From Rhizophagus irregularis (Eukaryota), in the NCBI RefSeq assembly GCF_026210795.1, contig NC_089433.1, positions 1,550,001 to 1,614,000 of the forward strand: a DNA stretch of 64,000 bases. Direction: 5' to 3'. The position numbers and the translations under genes are program-made. The notes under the pieces are model-generated. The model ran no database searches and was not told the DNA's origin. It saw only the letters and a program-made list of their open reading frames with translations. Positions 51,901-61,761 of the stretch are shown here, piece after piece; the first letter of the stretch is position 1; the number at the start of each line of letters is the position of its first letter.

Positions 51901-54408
51901 CTCCAATGCTTTCTCTCATTCGACAAAAGGCTGGTTTAGCCTCAGTCACCCCTCTTTCCGCGCTTTTCACATTGTTGCCGTTCTCTATTCAACAAGCATT
52001 TGGTCGATTTCTATCGTCTCATGTGGCTTCATGGCAAAGAATTTTTTCTCACCCCTTACATAAAACCTTTGCCAATTATATGATTACTTATATCCAAAGC
52101 TTCCTAGATTGTGATGCCTGTCCTTCTACTATTGACTTGGAACCATGATCCCATACATTTTCCTTGCGAACACATTCTTTGTTTAATTCTTTATTATTCT
52201 CTTCTCGATTAAATATCACATGGTCTTTATTGTTCCGACCTCCAAGAAAGGATCAACGTTCGGTGATTCCACTCTGGTCTATTTTACCTAAAGAATTATT
52301 CACTTCCATGAAAAATGTTCGAACCAATTTTGGTACTCGTTTCCTTGCCCAACTGGTTTCTCCGTGTGGCTCCAGATTTCTTTCATGGAAAGATTTACGC
52401 TTTCTTAAACGAGTTTCGAACAAAGGATCTGTGCCTACTTGGTTTACTTATTTATTTAATTTAGTTGTTATTTCTAATTCTTCTTCTTTTTTTCTTTTAC
52501 CACAATTTAGAATACCTAATTCCTATACTGTTGCTTCTATCTGTTCTATAGATATTAGTCGAAATTATTTGTTTAATCCACAATGGGCAATTTTTTTTAA
52601 TCGCGATACTAACTCTTTCCTTGTTGGTTGTGTGATCATTACCTATCCTGCTCCGTGAAATGAAGCTCTTATTTCACATTGGATTGCGTCATCTGTCAAT
52701 GACTTATTATCAGAATTCACTGCATGCCAAGGTTGTGCCTCTGCTATTCCATGATCCTCTACTTCCAAAACATTGCTTAAACGATGTCCTTCTAAAAAGT
52801 GCTTCTCTTATGTGCCTTTATCAAGTCTTATCCGTTACCCTACGAAGCCTCGTACTTATATACATGCGGATACTCGTTCGGTCTCACTTTCCGCTTCGTT
52901 AGGCTATGCCAAATCTCTTTCTTTTTGCTCCAGTTCGGCTACCTCCTATGCTTAACCAAGTGTCTAGGATTTCTGATCTCCAACTTCCTTCTTCGGTGTC
53001 TACACTGTATATTGATGGATCCTTCCTTCCTCCTTCTAGTCATCCGACACCTTCGATGGCTTATGCATGGACTGCTATCAATTCTGATGGTTTTATTCTT
53101 GAATCTCATTATAATACCATTCCTTCCCTCTTTCCCTCTGCATTGCGTTCCGAAATTTTTGCCTTATTGCATAAATTGGATTCCCTCCCTCGGTATTCCA
53201 AGATTACTGTCGCTACTGATTGTGCTCAATTAATTTCCTTATGGTCTACGTATGTGGATGCTCCGTTCATTTCTAAAATGCTTAAAGAATTCAATCACCT
53301 TCTATGGTTTTCGGCACGAGCTATTATCTCACAAAAGAATCTGGAAGTTACTTTAATCAAGGTTCCTGCTCACGCTGACGATTCTTTGAATAACCATGTT
53401 GATGACTTAGCGAAAGCTGCTCATACAGACTCACGTCTTTCCTCTATTTCGCCTGCATTCTTGGCTCCTTGCATTTTACAATTTGATTCTTTACCTGTGG
53501 ATATGAATATCCGGAAATTCATTGGAGATATTTTTGACGCCAAGAGTCTTTTGACTCTTGCTTTATTACCAAGATTCAATCTTAATTCCTCTATTTCAGA
53601 TATTGATTGGGCTTGTACCAAATTTTGTTTTAATAATAAACAATTACAATCCTCCCATCGAAATGGCCGGTCTGAATTTTGTGCTTTCCGTATCAAGATT
53701 TTATTGGATATGCTTCCGACACTTACAACTCTTCAAAGATGAAAGCCTCATATCTATGATCCGAGTTGGCTCTGTCCTCAGTGCAACTCCTCTCCTGAGA
53801 CTTTAGACCATTTATGGACTTGTCCGTATATTTTACCTGAATTTAGTCCTTTTAATACTTTTAAAACACTTCTGATGAACCTTAGAACCGTTTGTCTTGG
53901 AAAATTTCTCTCCGTGACTCCTTTGAAATCTTTACCGGACTCCTTCGCTGTGGAATTTACGGCTATGGATTGTTGGAACTGTGACCCTCCTTCAAATTCT
54001 TGTCTGCGACTTGCACGTGGACTTATACCGATATCTCTTACTAGTTTTCTTGAAACACATTTTTCATTATCCACTGTTTGTTCTATTTTTGATACACCTT
54101 TACATGATTTTCATTTTGATCTCTACGTGCAAATCTGGTTGTGCTGTTCTGTTTTCTTTCACCATTGGGAATCAGCTCAAGGCATAACCAATAAAATGAA
54201 ATCGTCCACTATTGGACCTTCTCCTACTTCTCATCCTTCCTCGCAAATTTCTCCTGCAATTTCGACACCTTCCTTGGCGACAGCTTCCTTGGATTCCTGG
54301 GTTTCTTGGGTTTCCTCTTATATAATCCATGGGGGATCTTGGATTTCGCATTTGGATTTTTGGCGCCGCTTAACAGTTCAGCCTCTACTTAGGATTTCTT
54401 TTTGGTAA
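48949..54408 (+). pseudogene. LINE ORF2: AP-endonuclease, reverse transcriptase, RNase H and C-terminal zinc finger; several stops and frameshifts
   Basis: EN: QINVNGL, LGDFNAD, SRLDYIW, TDH. RT: KASGPS, RPITLLE, QDIFKAFDS, GIDQGEIISPLLW, FMDD, FRFLGV. RNase H: YIDGS, RSEIFA, ATDC, KVPAH..DSLNNHVDDLAK. Zinc finger: CPQC....ETLDHLWTC. Confidence 0.95.
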
Positions 54409-54686
54409 CGGATTGGATCTTCAGATATGCTGGATAGTTGACTCACACTGGCCTTCGGGTAAAGTTGAGGTATGCGTTTCTGTAATAGTTTAGTTTTCTT
54501 TACTTAATTTTATTTTGTTTAGATTTCTTTACTTGTATGAATCGTGAAGCTAGTTCTTTTTGTTTTTTATGTTTAATTTTCTATATTATATTTGTAATAT
54601 TGTTCGATTTGAGTTTTGTACTTTTCATTTAAAATTTATAATAAAAGATAATGTCATAAGACTGTTTGCTCATAATCACCAAATAT

Positions 54687-55698
54687 AGGGTTGGTCACCC
54701 TATCTTAGTGGTTAGTCACTGAGACCCTCATTAAGCTTGAGTATGGTGAGGTCGCAGGTTCGATTCCTATGACCACGGAAATAAAAAGAATTTTACTGCG
54801 GACGCTACAACCAATAGCGTGAAGGTACAGGGATTAGTGTAGTTGGACTGCATCATGGTGAATTAGTGTGTACGGTTAGGCCGCACATTTCAACTAAGGG
54901 TCATGGTGTCTTTCTAACGTTCCCTAAGAGGTCATTGGTATGTTCAGAGTCCTGTCTTTAAGGTCACTGCATAGTATACCTTAGAGGTGGTGTCCTGTCC
55001 TGGTGGTCATTCTACGATACCACTGGGGGTACGGTTCGCTGTGCTAGATGGTCCCAGTAGATGGTAAAATCGTAGGGTGCAATGTCTTAATGGTAGTTGA
55101 CCTTCTAATAGGTCTTAGACCAACCGTGATGTTCCTGAACAGAACAGATAGCTTGGTGATTGGGTTCGATTCCCTTCTCTGATAGGCCCTGGTTGGTGAT
55201 TTCTGGTGGTTGATATCCACCATAAGGGATGATCCTGGGTAACACCTACAAGCTTACTGTCCAGGTGGTCACTACAAAGTATACCGCTTGGGGATTACAA
55301 CTGTACTATTGGTGGTGTGTAATCGCGGGCTGTAGTGGTCTTTGAGTGAGACCTAGTACCTAATATGGTGGTATGAAAGGGGTCTAGATGTTTGAAGGTT
55401 ATCTGATGAAAGTCCTCCGTGACAGTAGTAGTGGTGAGGGGTTTATAATAGTAGCCATTACAGTATCATGCAACGGATTAAAGGACGAGTAAGGTGGTGT
55501 TCTTCCGATCCAAAGGCCTTCGGGTCCCTGGGGTATGCCTGATTATGGACGTGCTGGATAAGTTGTCTTGGTTAATAAAGGTGGCCTTGATGACATCTAG
55601 TGGTTCAATGATGGTGAGGATACGAACGACCTACCTCCATAACCTTCAATAGAGGGTGCGGAAAGTAGTGGCCACTAAACGTACAATACACTTGTAAA
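54687..55698 (+). mobile_element. ~1 kb tRNA-headed SINE-like element, copy 2 (uninterrupted)
   Basis: Same head as copy 1, second B-box GGTTCGATTCC near 55163, many hairpins, flanked by TSD ATAATCACCAAATAT. Confidence 0.82.
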
Positions 55699-57454
55699 AT
55701 AATCACCAAATATGGACTGTCCCAAATGTGTGACTATAAAGAAAGTTGACTGTAGATTAAATTCTGTTAAAACTGATTTTATTGCATTTGCTATATTGTT
55801 TCCAGTATGATGGGTAGTAAAAGAAATAATATCTAATAAAAAGTTTTTTAGGTTCCAATTATTGTCAACATAATGAATTGTCAGACCAAGAAATACATCA
55901 TTATTACATGTAGAAGTCTACATATCTGTTGTTAAAGATAATTTGCCCAGAATTGCATTTAGATCTTGTATATTTTTACGTTTTTCTTTAAAATAATCAA
56001 CTACCAAAGTTTTTACTGTTTTTTTCATCTGGAATTTGATATTGAAAATCAAATTTATTGATCATTATTTTAAATCGCAAATTTTTAACAAATCATTTGT
56101 GAAATTATGCTTGTATATCGGCGGATTTGTTTACTTTTGCATAATGCTAAATTTTGAATGATTTTCATAATATCCGTCACCCAAAACTGGTTTATAATGT
56201 CATGAAATCACCTGATTGAATATCACTTGACTAAATAATAAGTCAAGTGAAAATCTACATTTGTGAAACTTAAATTATTTAACGTAAAATAGACACAAAA
56301 AAACCCATTTCGTTAACAAAAAACCCATTTCTCACCTGCATAGTATTTTTAATGTGTATTATTAGAAAGTAAGTATGTTTTAATAAAACAAAAAGTAAAA
56401 TAAAAATTTATATAGACACGATAGCTATGAATATTTATAAAAGTATTCTAAGACTCATTTAATATTTAAAAAATTTTTTTTTTTATAATAACTTTCATAA
56501 AATTGTCCATTTTTTGCATTTTTCAAAACATATTATTAATTCTTATTTATCTTGCTGTAGACAAAATAGGAACTTTATATCCAAACAAATTGTAAGCATA
56601 TGTATTATTGATTTTTACACAATAAAGATTTAGAAGCTATTGTATAAAGTGAGATTCCACAACAGATATTATCAGTATTGCTAAGAATAATATTTATTGT
56701 ATTTTGGCTTAAAAGAATTATTTATTAAATTTATCAAATTATTGTATTAATAAAACCAAATAAAATTTTTTTAATGTTTATCCCAGGTCCTACTGCGCCA
56801 TATGTAATAATTTGTGTAACAAAAGTACCTTAAAATAAACATGTTAATTAGAGGGTGAACAAATCCGCCGATATGGTGCAAAGAAAATAATTTCACACAT
56901 AAATCAATTCTCTAAAATATTTCAAACTTTTTTTTTACAACATTTAGCGAAATAGCATGATATGTATTAATATATATATTTCTTTGAAGTTATGGGCTAT
57001 TTCTATTATATTTTAAGCTGAATATATTTATATATCATTATCAGATTTTAGTATTAGTAAACGATTAGGCAAAAAAAGGTATATGCATTATTCTCAATAT
57101 CTTTATATTTGTTGAGATCTTTAATGCATATTCCACATACCTTTATTCTCTAATATAAAGGTTTAATATAAAAGTCTGTTGTATACTTTTCTGCTTTAAA
57201 TAAATTCAAGCTCAAAAAAAACATAAATGAAACATAACAAAGACTTGTATATAGAATTTATGACTATTCTTAGCTATCAGTGCCTATTTTTTTGATTACC
57301 ATATAATAATCCTGTAATGTATATTTTGTAATAATTGACAATATAATTGCTATTATAATTTAATATATATTAAAATACCATATTACAATGAAATGTAAAA
57401 AAACAATAATTTTGTAATATACTATGACAATTATCCTTTTATATTAGTTATAAT

Positions 57455-60400
57455 CAGTGTTGGCATTGGACTCATTCCAATTGATTTAATTGGACGATTT
57501 GGACAATTGGACAATTGGATATAGACCAATTGCGTCCAATTGTCCAATTGGTCCAATACACATTTGTTGGATTTGGACCATGACCAATTCATCCAATTAG
57601 GCAATTGGACGTACAATTGGACTTGGTCCAATTCATCGTCCAATCAAATTTTCGTAACACATAATGATAATTGATAAATCGTCAAACCTGAATTTCCGAT
57701 AATCTTTTTTTTTAATTGCGATATTAAAAATGACGCGCGAAAAACATAAACTTAGTGGATATTTTTTAATGTTAGAAGAAAAGTCCAATAAATATAATAA
57801 TTATGCAGTTTGTCAAGAATGTGTTAGGGGTTTGGATCGAGAGGAAGCGATGAAACAGAGGTTTACAAATACAAAACGTGCATGTGCAAAGCATCTTGAA
57901 AATTGTCCTTATTGGGCTGAAAGACACTCTTCGGAAGAGACTCAAGCTATAATTCAGAAAGCTATGGAGTATGGTTCGAAAAAACCAATTAAACGACAAT
58001 GATTATCAATAGATAATGACTTTGATGAGGGTAAAACTGAAGTATTAACACCGCTATCAAGCACATCAACACCTTCCCAAGGTTCTTCTAATTTGAACAA
58101 TTTTTTTTATAAATCATCACGTGCAAACAGCATAAGTAGCATATCAGATATTTCATTTCGAAGCTTTGGTCCCCTTGATAACTATATGTATCATGAATTG
58201 AAGCCAGAACAAATAGAAACATTTGAATGTTTACTATTAGATGTTACTGTAGCTTGTGGTTTTGCTTTTCATTGGGTTGATAATCCAGCAGTTAAAGAGC
58301 TCTTTAAATGGCTTAATCCAATGTTAGAGTTACCAGATCGTAAGCAGCTTAGCGGCAGAATTCTTAAAAAAGCATCCAATAACCTTAAAGATATTGTTCT
58401 TAATGATGCTATTAATGATGATCTTGGGATTATGCTAGCTTTTGATGGTTGGAAAAATGTTTCTCGTCAAAATTTATTAGGGTCCGTTTTATTTACTTCA
58501 GAATGCAATATGATTATATGGAAAGTTGAGGATATCAGGTGGAAAAAGATGTACTAGTGATATTATAATAGATGAAACGAAAAAATCATTTGATGAGCTT
58601 GAAAAAAAGAATATTAAAATTAATGGATTAATTACGGACTCTGCTTCAGAAAATGTTGCTGCAAGGTAATCAATAATAATTATTTTTAATTTTAGGTTTA
58701 TAAAATTATTTAAAATTATTTATTAATTTTATTGATTTAGAAAACGATTGCGCCTCCAATACCGGGACAAGATATTTTTGCCGTGCTTTGCGCACCAGAT
58801 GAATTTGTGTATTGGAGATATATTTAAAGAGTCATCAAGTCTGAGTGATGCTGCTGAAGGGGCTATTAGTTTAATTACTTTTTTCAGTCGGTCAAAAGTA
58901 TGGCTTGGACGACTTCAAATTAACGCGCAGCTATTTACAAAGTTCATATTGCATTAGTAACCTCAGCTACTACTCGATGGAACTCATACTATTACTGTTT
59001 TGCTAGTTTATTAAAAACAAAAAGGGCTTTACGTGTATGTATTATGCAATAAAAATTTTGGGTTGATCTTTGTTTTTACTTTTTAATTAAACAATTTTAT
59101 TTTTTTTTAGAATCTTGCAACGAAAATAGATGAAAAAATTATTTCTGATGGCTATGATTTTCCCGAAAAACATTTACAATGCATTTTAGATAATAATTGG
59201 TAGATTTCTATTAAAAAAATTGAAACCTTTTTAATTTCATATTGTGCAACACTTAATAAACTTCAACGACAAAATTCACGATTGCACGAAGTTCTTCACG
59301 GATTTGGTAATGTAGTTATGACACTTAAAACATTTGAAGATCAAGAATTAGCCACTACTCTTCTTTCAAAAATTGAGCGACGATGGAGAGATTGGGAACA
59401 GCCTTTCTTGTTACTATCATTTTTGCTACATCCATTTTATCGTGATACAAAATTTAATCCTGCATTAAATTTATCATTTCCTCACCTAGCAAAATGGGTT
59501 TTATATTATTATTGTGCATGGTTTAAGGAGGAACCAACAGTTTTACTAGCTGAACTTGAAGAATATAGATCAAAAAAATATCCTTATACTGATTCTATTT
59601 CTAAGCAATTTAAAAATAATATTTTAGATTATTGGAATTTTACAAAAGGTTCTTCAAAAGAATTGTATAGGGTTGCTCAACGAATTTTTTCAATTACTGT
59701 ATCAACAGCTTCATTGGAACGATTGTTTTCAACAATGGGATGGTATCACTCAAAACGGAGGAATCGATTAAAGGTACAACATATTAGCATATTTATTTAT
59801 ATAATTTAACTACAAAGTTTTTTGCAATGTTTTTTTTGGTATTTTAGGCGGAAAAAGTGTTAAGTTTAGCCCAGATTCGTGCAAGTATGCAAAGACAACA
59901 ACAGCTTTACGAGTTAGATTATCATGCAAAACAATATCAAACAACTATAACAAGAACTTCAGATAATATAGAATTTGCAAGATTAGAAAATGATGATGAA
60001 ATTTTCATTCTATCTAATAATGAAGGTTCTGATACTGATAGTGAAACAAATGAATATGATAATGAAAGTATAAATAATATTTATACACAACCATTAGCAT
60101 CTGCTAACGAATGGAGAAAAACAGTAATGGATTGGATAGAAATGATTGAAAATGAATTACAGGACCAAGATAATGAATTAGCAAGCATTACTGATACATA
60201 TGATATTTCTATTGAAAATATTGAGCAGATACAACATCCTGCTATTGATCCGCAAGCAAAATGGGAATTAAAAAATATTTTTATAGAAAATTTAGAGTTA
60301 CCAGGTTACTTAGAAGATTTTATTATTGGTAAAGCTTAATAAATAAATTTAATAAATTTGCAAATTTCGAACTTTAATAAATCATGTAAAATTTATGATG

Positions 60401-60554
60401 TCATTTGCTAAAATTATTTTTATTGGTTAATAATTTCAGTTGGAATTGGACTGAGTCCAATTGACCAATTGTTTATTTGGACTAATTGGTGCAAGTCCAA
60501 TAAGTCCAATGTCCAATTGGTCCAATTGTCCAATAAGTCCAATTGCCAACACTG
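57455..60554 (+). mobile_element. Full-length hAT DNA transposon
   Basis: TIRs CAGTGTTGGCA(A)TTGGACT / AGTCCAATTGCCAACACTG, subterminal TTGGAC/GTCCAA arrays, 8-bp TSD GTTATAAT. Confidence 0.93.
57730..60339 (+). pseudogene. hAT transposase (BED-like finger, DDE core, dimerisation domain), intron-containing, disrupted
   Basis: CQEC...HLENC; LAFDGWKNV; ITDSAS; LPCFAHQMNL; TRWNS; LLHP; SITVSTASLERLFSTMG. Premature stops at 58000 and ~59201, frameshifts near 58540 and 58920. Confidence 0.9.
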
Positions 60555-60562
60555 GTTATAAT

Positions 60563-61761
60563 TAAAGCTCCTAATGGTTCGGGCTAAACAGGAGAACCGA
60601 TCCGAAACCGGCTCAAAATTCGGTTCAGTTCGGTTTGGGTATTAGAACTGAAAAACCAGCGGTTCAGTTCAATTTAATCCGATTTTTTATAAAAATGCGA
60701 AAAATCAAATAGACGCTCATCTAGTGATCGTATAAAGTCGAGCCATATATCATTGGATTCGTCTCGACGAGATGTGTTGAATGGTGGTAAGATCATATCT
60801 CTAGCATCGATAGATTATACGTTAGTCCACGCTAAATGATTTATCAATAATTGGAATTATTAAGCTATCTATCGATGCTAGAGACATGATCTTAGCGTCA
60901 TTTGACGCGTTTCAGCGAGACGAATCCAATGAATATAAATTCGTCCGTATACGACTACTGGATGGCGAATAATGTCAAGTTTCGCATTTTTTTAAAATTT
61001 TTGAGCGTTAAAAATTAAAAATTCCGATATATGAATTTATTCATCGTCCAATGGTCGTACAAATATGAATTAGGACTCATTGGATTTGTATCGATGAGAC
61101 GAGTCGAATGGTGGTAAGATTACGTCTCTAGCATCGATAGATAGCTTGCTAATGCCAATTTTTTATAAATCATTTAGTGTGAATTAACTTACGATCTATT
61201 AAGACTACAGACATGATTTCACCACCATTCGACTTGTCACATCGAGACGAATCAAATGAATCCTAATTCATATTTGTACGACCATTGGACGACGAATAAA
61301 TTCATGTATTGGAATTTTTAATTTTTAACGCTCAAAAATTTTAAAAAAATGCGAAACTTGACATTATTCACCATCCAGTGGTCGTACACGGACAAATTTA
61401 TATTCATTGGATTCGTCTACCTGAGACGCATCGAATGACGCTAAGATCATGTCTCTAGCATTGATAGATAGCTTAATAATTCCAATTATTGATAAATTAT
61501 TTAGCCTAGGTTAATGTGTGATCTATTGATGCTAAAGACATGATCTTACCACCATTCGATGCGTCTCATCGAGAAGAATCCAATAATATATGGATCGACT
61601 TTGTACGATCACTAGATGGACAGCTATTCAATTTTTTGCATTTTTATAAAAATCAGATTAAACCAAACCGAACCGCCAGTTTTTCGGTTTAGTTTTTACA
61701 GATTTTGGCTCTAATCCGAACCGTCTATAATCTGGACCAAACTGATCTGTTCAGAGTTTTA
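60563..61761. mobile_element. Foldback (long-palindromic) hAT-type MITE
   Basis: Ends TAAAGCTC / GAGTTTTA, TSD GTTATAAT on both sides; the arms ~60640-61150 and ~61190-61680 are reverse complements. Confidence 0.85.

Larger units (their letters stand above)
46692..54671 (+). mobile_element. Full-length (~8 kb) non-LTR retrotransposon (LINE; APE-RT-RNase H), inactivated
   Basis: Two ORFs, short 5' UTR, T-rich 3' UTR, 15-bp TSD on both sides, no LTR or integrase. Confidence 0.93.
42865..55752. mobile_element. Non-autonomous Tc1/mariner-type element hosting six retro-insertions
   Basis: TIRs CAGTCAACTCTTTTTATAGT / ACTATAAAGAAAGTTGACTG with TA TSD; the flanks rejoin the hAT transposase frame. 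Confidence 0.85.
39395..56110 (-). pseudogene. hAT transposase pseudogene split into three pieces (39395-40373, 42536-42864, 55753-56110) by nested insertions
   Basis: Fragments LSLTTDM*TS..FLGLTIHYVDNNW...HHTGNNIANAIKSVLTEFNL join LEKTLALTTDNESAM across the 42865-55752 insertion, followed by CSAHILNLAAQ and the C-terminal dimerisation motif AQDYLSIQATSVACEQAFS. Confidence 0.85.

Noticed and set aside
55370..55450. Hammerhead ribozyme around CTGATGA (CTGACGA in copy 1)
   Set aside because: No GAAA follows the potential stem II, and stems I and III cannot be formed around a valid cleavage triplet
55510..55545. Resemblance of GGCCTTCGGGTCCCTGGGGTATGCCTG to the 3' end of 5.8S rRNA
   Set aside because: Only a short hairpin-like match; no other conserved 5.8S motifs nearby
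44944..55698. Reading the two 1-kb direct repeats as LTRs of an LTR retrotransposon
   Set aside because: No TG...CA ends, PBS/PPT, protease or integrase. The enclosed element has an APE endonuclease, and each unit has its own copy of the TSD
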